A stretch of DNA of 64,000 nucleotides from Candidatus Cloacimonadales bacterium (GTDB taxonomy: Bacteria; Cloacimonadota; Cloacimonadia; Cloacimonadales; DAONDQ01), in assembly GCA_963662275.1 (NCBI GenBank), contig OY759316.1, forward strand, positions 1,792,001 to 1,856,000. Reading direction: 5' to 3'. Below the pieces are notes generated by a model. The model saw only the letters and a list, made by a program, of their open reading frames with translations. It did no database searches and had not been told where the DNA came from. Position 1 is the first letter of the stretch. Each line of letters begins with the position of its first letter. The translations under genes were made by a program, and so were the position numbers. Shown in pieces: positions 53,649 to 64,000 of the stretch.

Positions 53649-54887
53649 TTATCGTTTACGTAAACGGGTTAATAGATTATATGCAACATCATCGATGATC
53701 ACCATTCCAACCATTTTATGTTCATGGTCAACTACCGGTATACAAGACAGATTATATTTGGAGATTACTTCTGAAAGGTCATCTATCATTTCATCATCAT
53801 AAACATAGATGACTTGTTTATTCATGATTTCACTGAGATGCGTATTAACGTCGGAGATGATTAAATCTCTTAAAGAAAAGCTGGCAATCAAGTGTTCATC
53901 CTGGTCCAGGATATACATGGAATAAATTGTATTCGCTTCCGGTTTGAGACGACGTAGCTCAGCAATTGTATTAGCAACAGAAGTTGATTCATGGAATGCC
54001 ATGAATTCGGTACTCATGAGACTGCCAACCTGGTTCTCCGGATATTCCAGTAATTCCCTGATTTCATCAGATGCCTCAGTTTCCATTTCACTGAGTAATT
54101 CCTCTGCTTTATCATCTTCCATATCGTCCAGGATATCTGCTGCTTCATCAGCAGGCATCTTTTCCAGAACATCAGCAGCTTTTTCCACTGATAGTTTAGA
54201 AATCACATCCTGTTGTACTTCCGGTTCCATTTCTTCCAAAACATCAGCAGCTTTTTCTTCATCGAGGGATAAAAACACATCTAACAAAGATTTGCTGTCT
54301 AACTCTTCAAGGATATCAGCAAGGTCAGAGGGATGGAGCTTGCTCAATTTATCATAAGGTTGTGATAGCTGTATCCCATATCCTTTGTAATTGATGGCTT
54401 CCACTTCCTTCCAAAGAATAAATTCGCTAGGAATATTACCTTTGAAAGGCTTAAGTACCATCTCTAATGGACGATTGACACCTAAGCGTCTTAGCAGACC
54501 TTCCCAGCCCACATCCACTGCCAAGAGAAAAGTACCGGAAGGGATATTTATCAATCGCAGATCATTGACACGAACCACTTTGCGATCTGAAACATCAACC
54601 ACTTGCTTATCTAATAGATGCTTAACCATAAACAAAGCTTGTATAGATGAGATATCAAACTCTTCAATTTGAGGACAGGCTAATACTATTTTACCTTGGC
54701 TGCTGCTGATAGTGTGATTTTTGAGACTTATATATTTGATTTTCTTACCGGATAGGACTTTTGCAGCAACAATATTAGAACGATCAATACTGGCATCAAT
54801 AACTAAATCCAACAATTTGCCGATGACTTGATCGGAACTACCGATAATATCTCTATTGAGTATCTGACTGATGTAAAAAGTTTTCAT
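53649..54887 (-). CDS. Soluble MgtE N-terminal/CBS domain protein with PRC-like N-terminus
   Basis: LHPSDLADILEEL, repeated AADVLE, VGSLMSTEF, CBS pair; no TM domain. Confidence 0.88.
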   Translation of the reverse strand: MKTFYISQILNRDIIGSSDQVIGKLLDLVIDASIDRSNIVAAKVLSGKKIKYISLKNHTISSSQGKIVLACPQIEEFDISSIQALFMVKHLLDKQVVDVSDRKVVRVNDLRLINIPSGTFLLAVDVGWEGLLRRLGVNRPLEMVLKPFKGNIPSEFILWKEVEAINYKGYGIQLSQPYDKLSKLHPSDLADILEELDSKSLLDVFLSLDEEKAADVLEEMEPEVQQDVISKLSVEKAADVLEKMPADEAADILDDMEDDKAEELLSEMETEASDEIRELLEYPENQVGSLMSTEFMAFHESTSVANTIAELRRLKPEANTIYSMYILDQDEHLIASFSLRDLIISDVNTHLSEIMNKQVIYVYDDEMIDDLSEVISKYNLSCIPVVDHEHKMVGMVIIDDVAYNLLTRLRKR

Positions 54888-54888
54888 A

Positions 54889-54962
54889 GCTAATCCTTCC
54901 TCTGGCAGGTATATAGGAAGGACTAACCCTTATGTTAAATCTTCCCTGATATCCCTTCCTGG
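54889..54962 (-). promoter_or_regulatory. RBS-sequestering hairpin with an alternative anti-sequester pairing
   Basis: mRNA GUUAGUCCUUCCU pairs with AGGAAGGAUUAGC (contains the SD); competing AGGAAGGG lies in the leader ORF. Confidence 0.65.
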
Positions 54963-55000
54963 AGATTGTTCAATCGACTAGGGCCAGGTTCTGATTCCAT
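54935..55000 (-). CDS. Putative MgtL-like leader peptide MESEPGPSRLNNLQEGISGKI
   Basis: AAGAGGA RBS at 55006-12, ATG 55000, TAA 54935-37; Pro at codons 5 and 7. Confidence 0.6.
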   Translation of the reverse strand: MESEPGPSRLNNLQEGISGKI

Positions 55001-55120
55001 TTAAATCCTCTTACTAGATTTTTATTAAATTCTCAATCTCATTTTCCATGGTTTATGTCAAGTTAAAGAATAACCAGGAAGTTGGATTTCTATCACTAAT
55101 GAGAAAATAATAATCTCATT

Positions 55121-55156
55121 AAAAAAAGCCAACTGCAATATAGCAATTGGCTTTTT
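55121..55156 (-). terminator. Intrinsic terminator after the 55172 ORF
   Basis: aaaaaaagccaa-ctgcaatatagca-attggcttttt. Confidence 0.7.
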
Positions 55157-55171
55157 AGTGATACTCGGATG

Positions 55172-58100
55172 TTATTTCAGCATCAGCATCTTATGCGTAA
55201 AACACTTACCTCCTGCCTCCAGGCGATAGAAATACACACCTGTCGCTACTGGTTTGCCAAATGAATTTTTGCCTTCCCATAGAACTTTATGTATGCCTTT
55301 TTCACAGACACCATTTGCCAAAGTCTTTACAACTTGCCCTCTAATATTATAGATTGTCAGCTTGACTTTCTGCTGTTTAGGCAGGGAGAACTCAATCGTA
55401 GTATTTGGATTGAACGGATTCGGATAGTTTTGTCTTAGAGTGACTGCCTGCGGAATTGGAACTTCCTCAACGTTCTTGTTCAATAGAGCCATCAGTTGTT
55501 GCATATGCGCTCTATGATTAACCTTGTAAGTTTTATGGTCAGGATAGCGATATTGAGCGAAATTAGTAGTCACAGGTTTCTTTGATTGTCCCAGGGAAGC
55601 AAGCAGGTAACATATTTCCAGGTCTAATACGGCATTCAATGAATCTACTTCCGATTCCGGATCCTCTAATACCAGTTCAATGAGATCTGCCGCACTTTGA
55701 TAATCCTCAAGTTCAATAAATGTTTTCGCCTGGTAATCACGAACCAGCAGTTTCAGATCAGACAGACTGTCAGGAGTCTGGGTAATTTGCGCATCATAAT
55801 AACTGATCAGGTCATATAAATCCATTTCACCCCAGACAGCATTCTTGAACGATCTATCCACACAACTGCCCCATTGAGAATATTCTTCATCTAAGCGATC
55901 AGATAAGATATCTCGAAATGCATAAGAAGCATTCTCATATGAACAGGAATCTTCAAGCACTCCTGCATTATCATATCGATCCGGATAATATGCAGGTAAA
56001 ACATAATTAAGAGGAGCAGTATCCATATAGTTAGCAATTACCGGATGATTTCCGGAAGTTGTATGCGTATTGATTTCATTATCACCCCAGTAATTTCCGT
56101 CAGCATTGATAAAAGTATAAATTCCAGATGGTTCTTCCGAATTTTGACGTTGTGTATAATAACCGAAATCATAACCTCCTGGACCATTATAGAATTGGTT
56201 GTGTCCCCACCTTAACTGTATGTCATCCCCGTTACTTGTTAAGGCAATACTGGCGAAATTGCTATCAAAATAGTTTCTCGCATTGCTGCCAAGATTCATG
56301 AAGGAAGAACTTACATTGCCAATACCCTGTTCATTTGCTTCGAAATTACTGGTGCATATTCGGGATGATGATTCACGACATAATATACCAACTGACATAT
56401 TATAGAAAGAACATCCGTTGATGTCTCCAATTCTGCTGGTATGCATATTTCCAATAAGATACTCAAGAGATATTCCGTAAGCAGAAGTTAAAGAAAATGA
56501 GTTTTCACCCCCTAAAAAAGTGCAGTTATCTATATTAGGCTGATAACCACTGGTTTCTATCCCGATATAATTAGTTAAAAAAAAAGACAATGTGCTATAG
56601 AACTCAATCCATGAGCACCTTCAATCGCTATTCCGAAAAAACAGCTATTAAAAGTAGAATTACTGATTGCATCTGCATGAGCAACACTGGCTAAGTATTC
56701 TATTCCCTGGTAAAGATTACGGAAAACAGTATGATCAACTACTAGATGATTGGAAGATTGGCTGTAATCAATACCCATTTCTTCTCTATTCCCGGTTCCT
56801 AATGAATATATCAAAGTGGAATCAGATACACTGCCGGTTATGTGAATTGATCTGTTTGAATTGTTCCCGGTGATTTTAATACCTGTTCCATTATGTGGCA
56901 CTAAAATGCTGCCGGATTCAAAAACCAAGGAACTATTGTTTAGTTCCAATGCGATATCAGCATCACTAAACTCACTACCGTTTGTAATCTCTACGACGCA
57001 ATTGGAACATATAATTCCTTTCCAAGTATTTGGAGCATCCATCTCTATCATGGTTGAACTGCTAATCATGATACCGGAACTGTCAGCCGCTATTCCAGCT
57101 CCCAAACCCCACTGGCAGACTGCATTTGAAAGATCAAGCGTGCTCCCGGATTCTACGATGATCTGTGTTGAATCACTTGCATTTAAATTACCGTGTATTC
57201 TCAATACTGAACCATTTGTAACATAAATTTTCTTGTTTTGGGTGAGATACAACGTTGTTCCAGAGAGTATTCGGACAACACCTCCACAATCTATATTGAC
57301 ATCATCAATGGCATAGAAGTCGCGATTTATTGATAATGAATCAGTGACAACTGTCGGTAACACAGCAATGATTTTCCTTAAGCTGGCTTCACCAGGCTCA
57401 AGAGTAATTTGAGCTTTTCCGTCCTGGAAAAACTGGATATCTTTTGTATAAGGGTCATAAAGACCTGGATTTGGTCCATACTCTGATATCATACTTCCAC
57501 CATCCAGAATTGCTAATTCCACGGTTTGGGAAGGCATAGCAACGTATGCATCCTTATAAGCTGACACTGGTGTAAAATACGGATCTGTATATAATGAGGT
57601 TCCTGCAAATGCTGCAGTCCTCCGATTTACCAGCATATAGTAATTATCGATATCACTATGAAAAAAGCCACATTGCACATAACCGTGATATGGTTCTGAA
57701 TCAAATGGACCAGCCATACTGATACTTGTAAAATGTTCTGCCCCACCTGAAAAATCCTGTGAAAGACCTGTTTCACTTTCTATACATTCGGATCCCTTCC
57801 AACTGGCGGTTTTTACGATGGGACCATAGACGAGAATTTTCTCGTTAGCGGATTTGATAGCATGGTAATTGGAAGTCAGTGATAAATCAGGATTGATGAG
57901 AACTGGTTCAGCAAGGCTGTTATTATAAACAGCATAATTGATAATACCTGAAGGTCCATAGCATAAAGGCAGATACTGCAGACATTTTTGTGATGTTGAA
58001 TCCGGATACATGCCCCCCCACCATTTTGGAGGGTTGTCATTTGGATGCCAATCCCCATAGGTTTGAGTAACCGGATAAAAAGACATATTTGTTTCTTTTG

Positions 58101-59532
58101 TTGCTTTGTATTCATCAAGCATTTTCTGAAAATTTCTTTGAATAAATGTGCTGCTTGCAGGATTATTAAAATCTGTATCGAAGCGTATTGGATACAAATG
58201 GAGACATTGAAGATCAGGATGTGCATAACTATTAAAACACTTGGAAACAGAAAAGCTCTCAGAAGAACTTTTTCTTCTATCCATCAGTAAATGATGATTG
58301 GTTGATAGAGGACGAGCAGCAGATGAAGTAGAGTTCACGAGATGATCGTTCACAAGATCACAGGAATCAAAGTTACCGGGATAAGGTTCATTAACACCCA
58401 TATAGGAGATGATGTTATTATGGGGCAGAGTATTGTAATATGATAATCTATCTGCAATCCAAGTATCCAGGGATGAAGGGGTTAGCCGCATCTCCCTGTG
58501 AATATCATCCTCGTACTCAATATAATCCAGATACACCGTTCGATTCTGCTTCCATGATATTATCGGAACTACATAATACAAAGCATAATGGTCTCCCAAA
58601 AACGGTTGGGTACATGATGTGGGTATCACATCTAACTGTGCTAAATCGATGGAATATGTAAATACGCGAAAACCACTATTAGGATGCAATGGATCAACGT
58701 TCAAGTTACTGCTAATATCAGAGACTTTTAGAATTTTCTCATAATTGCCTTCGGGTTGAAAATCCAGACCTTCATAGATTTCATTATTTAACGTAATCCC
58801 AAGAAAATCGACTTTAATCAAGTTATCATCATTACTATTCGTATCATCCCATTTGAGAGCGACACTGATGTATAGTTTGTTATTATGAAGATAAGAATAT
58901 CCTGCACTTGGATTACTATAATTCCAATAGTGGGCAAATTTGAACATGTAAGTCAGGCATTCATCCACTACAGTATCAGGTGCATAGAACCAACGCCAAT
59001 ACATAGGACCTGATATAACTTTCCAGGTACTATCATTCACAGGATTATATGGGCAATACCAATAGGCATTATTTGATACGTTCTGAATATCATGAATAGG
59101 AGATCCGACATTAGGAGTTTTCTCAAACCGATAGAAAAACTTATCATTATCCAGATCACCTGTATTTACTTCTGTATTGAGAGCACCATACTCTTCTTCA
59201 AACCGGAAGTAATTACTAGTGGAAAGAAATTCAATACTCCTATCTGCGCCAACGCCAGTATAATAGGAATACTTATCATTAACGTTGGAATCCATTTCTC
59301 TTTGATCAAGATTGTTCAACAATCCTGTAATAGATTGGTAGGAAGGATTTAACCAATTAACCGTTTCCACGCTATTATAATGAGCTTCTTGGATTAACTG
59401 AAGAACCTGATCATTAGTTGCTGTTAAATTGCTGATGCCGTTAGCACCAAGCAGAAAGTAATCAGAATAATGAGCATGGACCAAACAGGAAAGAAAAAGT
59501 AAAATGCTAAGAATGAAGATAGATTTTTTCAT
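55172..59532 (-). CDS. Large secreted protein (beta-helix-like region, FlgD-Ig/T9SS-like CTD) split at a T9 tract into 985-aa and 472-aa ORFs
   Basis: Signal peptide only in ORF1, CTD only in ORF2; A9 at 56577-85 on +; -1 shift gives about 1453 aa. Confidence 0.75.
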
Positions 59533-59588
59533 GAGTCCCCCTTGAAAAAAGTTATTACTATCCAGAGGATAGACACATGGGTCTATCC

Positions 59589-61253
59589 CTACCTTACTAT
59601 CGTTATTTTTCCTTTATGTTGTGCTTCACCGCTGGTGAAAACACACACATAAACCCCTGATGAAAGATCATTTAAATTGTAAGTCACAGAACCGGATTTG
59701 GCTTGTTCTGCATTCATAGTAAACGACTTGACTTTCTGTCCCCTAATATTAAAGATTTCGAAAGTTGATGTAATCTCCCCTCTTTTGCGTGCAAGAGAGG
59801 GGTCGGGGGTGAGTCGGGGGTCAACAGTGAATCTGATGTTAAGTTCAGAATTCCAAGACTGCAGCGGATTCGGGTACAACTGCAGTTTGGAGATTGCTGG
59901 AGTATTTGCATTATCCGAGATTGGGGTTGGATCATCCAGTTGCGTGTTTCCGGCATAGACAAATACTTTTCCCGGATAAGGAGATCCTGAATAATTAAAC
60001 GGAGCTGATATGGCAGCATCACAACAGCCGTCACCATTGTAATCGCCCATGGTCAGGCAAAAACCATACATTTCATTGTTTTCATTCAGAGACGGTATCA
60101 GATGAAGATCAGGATTTCCATTCATAGGAACACCACCCATCCACAGATACGCATCTCCGTAGCCATCTGCCTGACTGACATTCGTTCCCATCAGATCGTC
60201 TGTGCCATTGCCGTTTACATCACCATGTCCGAAACCTTCACCTGAAGAATTTCCATTGTAAGGTGGTGCAAAACTCACGTATTGAGTACCGTTAAAACCA
60301 GGTCCTCCATAGTATAATCTAGCATCCGAAATAGTAAATGCGCTTACAAAATCAGCATATCCATCCCAATTAAGATCACCGGCAGGATAGGCATAAGGAT
60401 TTCTAAAATTCAACCCGTCACTAATCACAAGGCTATCATTATATACTCCTAATGAATTACCGAAATATAAAATCACTCTGGAAAACCATTCATTATTAAT
60501 CACATATTTGTATCCTATGCAGAAATCAGAAATACCATCGGCATTGACATCTCCTAGTCCATGCATATCAACAACATCTGTCGGAGAGCCTGCTTCCTGG
60601 AAAACATTGTTAGTAAAGCTTCCCCCATATATAATTCCATATGTATTTGATCCTACAAAACCCGGTCTTGCCATAATATATCCAATATCCTCAAAACCAT
60701 CATGATTAATATCTCCTAAACTTCGAACATCGCATTTTTCATTTTCCCATTCCTCTCTCGGGAAAGTGAGCACATAATCGGGAATGGTATCGGGAGTCGC
60801 TCCACCGTAAAACACACAGAGCTGCAGGTCATAATGCTGGTCATTGTTGTCTTCATACATGGTTGCCCGGAATAGTGCCAGGTCATCAATGCTGTCTCCA
60901 TTCATGTCACCCGCATTGCAGAGAGATGTGATGTTTCCATATTCGATTTCGTGTGTTCCGGGCATTTCTATTTCAGGTTCATTATCAAAATTCGGACCTC
61001 CAAAATAGATGTAATATTTACCACATGGAAATGGAGGTGGAGTAGGTGTAAATCCTCCTGTGTTCCAATTCGGTGCAAGGACAACAAGATCATCATAACC
61101 ATCTCCATTCCAATCCAGTGTGGTCATTTGTGCTCCTAAAAGAGAATATTCCTGTTCACCTGTCATTGTAGCAATGATATCCATGTGGTTCAAGGCGGGG
61201 AGAATGCTGGTGAAAAGAAGAACAGCTAAAACAGCTAAAATACCTTTATCCAT
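59589..61253 (-). CDS. FG-GAP repeat secreted protein with CTD (copy 1)
   Basis: Repeated GDxNGDGxDD motifs; YPNP...IFNIRGQKV. Confidence 0.85.
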   Translation of the reverse strand: MDKGILAVLAVLLFTSILPALNHMDIIATMTGEQEYSLLGAQMTTLDWNGDGYDDLVVLAPNWNTGGFTPTPPPFPCGKYYIYFGGPNFDNEPEIEMPGTHEIEYGNITSLCNAGDMNGDSIDDLALFRATMYEDNNDQHYDLQLCVFYGGATPDTIPDYVLTFPREEWENEKCDVRSLGDINHDGFEDIGYIMARPGFVGSNTYGIIYGGSFTNNVFQEAGSPTDVVDMHGLGDVNADGISDFCIGYKYVINNEWFSRVILYFGNSLGVYNDSLVISDGLNFRNPYAYPAGDLNWDGYADFVSAFTISDARLYYGGPGFNGTQYVSFAPPYNGNSSGEGFGHGDVNGNGTDDLMGTNVSQADGYGDAYLWMGGVPMNGNPDLHLIPSLNENNEMYGFCLTMGDYNGDGCCDAAISAPFNYSGSPYPGKVFVYAGNTQLDDPTPISDNANTPAISKLQLYPNPLQSWNSELNIRFTVDPRLTPDPSLARKRGEITSTFEIFNIRGQKVKSFTMNAEQAKSGSVTYNLNDLSSGVYVCVFTSGEAQHKGKITIVR

Positions 61254-61472
61254 TGGAACTCCTTATTTCTACAACCCACAGAATATAAAATATAATATTC
61301 ACATGTAATTTTCATTCCATAGCAAGTTTTATCCAGTATCTTGCCGGATAATATCCATTTTCACTTTAATTTATCACGTTTCTGTTTACATCGGTAGTTA
61401 TTTCTTCAGGAATGGTGGCAGCATGGTTCACCTTGCTTTCGGAACGCTGTTTTCAAACGGCTATGCAGTTTG

Positions 61473-61591
61473 GTATCACAGACAGTCGTGTCTGTTCTGC
61501 GATGGGGAAGTCCCGTCCCCAGAGCTTTCGAAGAATATGTTTCGAGGTCGGGACGACACTCTCATACAACAGACAAGACTGTCTGTGCTAC
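61473..61591. repeat. Inverted REP pair between the FG-GAP paralogs
   Basis: gtatcacagacagtcgtgtctgt ... acagacaagactgtctgtgctac. Confidence 0.7.
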
Positions 61592-61602
61592 GACTTAGCC
61601 AG

Positions 61603-63267
61603 CTACCGAATCACCGTAATCTTCTGTTTCTGCTGTGCTTCACCGCTTGTGAAAACACACACATAAACCCCTGATGAAAGATCATTTAAATTGTAAGTCA
61701 CAGAACCGGATTTGGCTTGTTCTGCATTCATAGTAAACGACTTGACTTTCTGTCCCCGGATATTATAGATTTCGAAAGTTGCGGTAATCTCCCCTCTTTT
61801 GCGTGCAAGAGAGGGGTAGGGGGTGAGTCGGGGGGCAACAGTGAATCTGACATTAAGTTCAGAATTACAAGACTGCAGCGGATTCGGATACAACTGCAGT
61901 TTGGAGATAGCGGGAGTATTTGTTTCATCAGCATTGGATGTTGGGTCATCCAGTTGCGGGTTTCCGGCATAAACAAATACTTTACCCGGATAAGGAGAAC
62001 CGGAATAATCAAACGGAGCGGATATGGCAGAATCGCAGCAGCCGTCTCCATTGTAATCGCCCATGGTCAGGCAGAAACCATACATCTTATTGTTATCGTT
62101 CAGAGTTGGTGTCAAATGCAGATCGGGACCTCCGTTCATGGGAATGCCTCCTATCCACAGGCAGGCATCTCCATAGCCATCAGCCTGCGTGACATTTGTG
62201 CCCATCAGATCATCTGTGCCATTACCATTCACATCGCCGTGATCAAAGCCATTTTCCCAATTGCCTCCATTATAGGGAGGAGCAATGTTTACACAATTGG
62301 TTCCGTTAAAACCAGGTCCTCCGAAATATATTTTAGCTTCTGTCATAGTAAATGAGCTGACAAAGTCTGAATAACCATCGCCATTTATATCACCTGCGGG
62401 ATAAGCGAAAGGAATTCTGAAATTTGAACCATCACAAATCACAAGACTGTCACTATAAACGTCAGATGGATTCCCATAATATAGAATTACTTTGGAATAT
62501 CTTACATTGTTTATTTTATATTTATAACCCAGGCAAAAATCATCAACACCATCTGTATTGACATCACCCACTCCGCAAATATCAGCCCAATCCAGTGTTG
62601 TACCAGCTTCTATAAAAGCAGTACCAGTCATACTATCACCGTTTACGATTCCAAATGTGTAAGAAGCAATAGGATAATTTTTACCTATAATGTATCCAAT
62701 ATCATTATAACCATCGTGATTGAGATCACCTAAACCACGAACGTAACCAAAGGTATTATCCCATTCCTCCCTCGGGAAAGTGAGCACATAATCGGGGATA
62801 GTATCGGGATTCGCACCGCCGTAAAAGACGCAGAGCTGCAAGTCATAGTACTGATCTATATTCTCTTCATACATCGTCGCCCGAAACAATGCCAGGTCAT
62901 CTATCCCATCACCATTCATATCGCCCGCATTGCACATGGAGGTAATATGACCATATTCGATCTCATGATGACCGGGGATTTCCATTTCCGGAACATTATC
63001 GAAATTCGGACCACCGAAATAAATATAGAGTTTACCATATGGGAATGGAGGAGGTGTTGGAGTAAATCCATTTGGACTCCATTGATTCTCAACTGCAACG
63101 AGATCATCAAAACCATCACCATTCCAGTCGAGCGTGGTCATAATCCAGCCCATTTCTGCAAAATCAAATTCCCCTGTCATGGTGGTCATAATATCCATGT
63201 GGTTTTGGGCAGAGAGAATTCCTGTGAAAAGAAGAACAGCTAAAACAACTAAAATACCTTTATACAT
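61603..63267 (-). CDS. FG-GAP repeat secreted protein with CTD (copy 2)
   Basis: 554 aa, co-linear with copy 1; upstream region also duplicated. Confidence 0.85.
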   Translation of the reverse strand: MYKGILVVLAVLLFTGILSAQNHMDIMTTMTGEFDFAEMGWIMTTLDWNGDGFDDLVAVENQWSPNGFTPTPPPFPYGKLYIYFGGPNFDNVPEMEIPGHHEIEYGHITSMCNAGDMNGDGIDDLALFRATMYEENIDQYYDLQLCVFYGGANPDTIPDYVLTFPREEWDNTFGYVRGLGDLNHDGYNDIGYIIGKNYPIASYTFGIVNGDSMTGTAFIEAGTTLDWADICGVGDVNTDGVDDFCLGYKYKINNVRYSKVILYYGNPSDVYSDSLVICDGSNFRIPFAYPAGDINGDGYSDFVSSFTMTEAKIYFGGPGFNGTNCVNIAPPYNGGNWENGFDHGDVNGNGTDDLMGTNVTQADGYGDACLWIGGIPMNGGPDLHLTPTLNDNNKMYGFCLTMGDYNGDGCCDSAISAPFDYSGSPYPGKVFVYAGNPQLDDPTSNADETNTPAISKLQLYPNPLQSCNSELNVRFTVAPRLTPYPSLARKRGEITATFEIYNIRGQKVKSFTMNAEQAKSGSVTYNLNDLSSGVYVCVFTSGEAQQKQKITVIR

Positions 63268-63651
63268 TGGTACTCCTTATTTTTAACAACCCACAGAACA
63301 TAAAATATAATATTCATATGTAATTTTCATTCCATAGCAAGTTTTATCAAGTATCTTGCCGGATAATATCCATTTTCTCTTTAGCCTATCACGTTTTTGT
63401 TAATTTCACAGTTGTTACTGGGGCGCCATCTATCTGATGGTGCTACGTGCTCTTTTAGAGGACGTATTCTCTTCACCGGCATTTCGATGGGGAAACACCG
63501 GATGTCAGATAATGTTAAAACATTATAACGGCTGAAGCAGTTGATCCAACGACTGAAGATCATGTTAAAACATAATAACTGCTAAAGCAGTTGATCCAAC
63601 GACTGAAGTTGTTGCTACGGTGTTGCTACTGAATACCCGTTGAAGTGGATG

Positions 63652-63999
63652 CTATTTAACTAACATAATTTTTCTAGTCATTATTTTATTGTCGAAGATC
63701 ATCCTGATGAGATAGATACCTGATGGACTTGCATTATTAGTACTATCAGTTCCATTCCAGGTAAGGGAATAAATACCGGCTTGATTATATTCATTCTTCA
63801 TTTCTTTCATCAATTGACCTTTAATATTGAATATGGCAATATTCACATGACCGGAATTCTTCAAGCTATACTTGAAAGTCGTTTCCGGATTAAACGGATT
63901 AGGGTAATTCGGGTGTAACGCAGTTACTAAAGGAATTATGAATTGATCGTCATTATCTGTTGGAACAGTGACTGTCCAAATTTGGGTTAGTGTTGTCAG
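63652..63999 (-). CDS. C-terminal part of a secreted protein with FlgD-Ig/T9SS-like CTD; runs off the window
   Basis: ...LHPNYPNPFNPETTFKYSL...IFNIKGQLMK...SGIYLIRM. Confidence 0.85.
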   Translation of the reverse strand: MTTLTQIWTVTVPTDNDDQFIIPLVTALHPNYPNPFNPETTFKYSLKNSGHVNIAIFNIKGQLMKEMKNEYNQAGIYSLTWNGTDSTNNASPSGIYLIRMIFDNKIMTRKIMLVK

Positions 64000-64000
64000 G

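Noticed and set aside
54888..55060. M-box (ykoK) riboswitch
   Set aside because: I could not recognise the aptamer; the uORF plus alternative stems explains the region better. An Rfam scan would settle it
61717..62355. 212-aa + strand ORF and other antisense ORFs within long genes
   Set aside because: Shadow ORFs opposite well-supported genes
1..64000. tRNA or rRNA genes
   Set aside because: None recognised by eye; tRNAscan-SE and Rfam were not run

Overview
AT-rich bacterial chromosome segment. Secreted proteins ending in a 'YPNPFNP...IYNIKGQ' FlgD-Ig/T9SS-like sorting domain suggest Candidatus Cloacimonadota or a related FCB lineage (inference only). In order it contains: (1) molybdenum-hydroxylase accessory genes (PLP enzyme end, MocA-like, XdhC-like) interleaved with two long GTAG-REP tandem arrays (10x~62 bp, 26x55 bp; not CRISPR); (2) an IS4-family element with a 13-bp target duplication; (3) a ChlI-like AAA+ ORF and a vWA ORF joined by an apparent programmed -1 frameshift signal; (4) large secreted GLUG/adhesin and beta-propeller proteins and an IS256-like element; (5) a housekeeping run (M23, thiN, xseB, ispA, dut, methyltransferase, FtsE/X-like, pgsA, TPR, DUF58, uvrB); (6) a repeat-bracketed defence island with a PLD-helicase, a frameshifted N6-adenine methyltransferase, an HExxH peptidase and a toxin-antitoxin-SecB-like chaperone (TAC) module; (7) hflX and an MgtE-N/CBS + NRAMP operon preceded by an unannotated MgtL-like leader peptide with alternative hairpins; (8) a surface protein split at a T9 tract and two tandem FG-GAP paralogs carrying an in-frame palindromic repeat. 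Four homopolymer-associated frameshifts occur, so assembly indels must be excluded. Family assignments come from motif recognition; no database searches were run.
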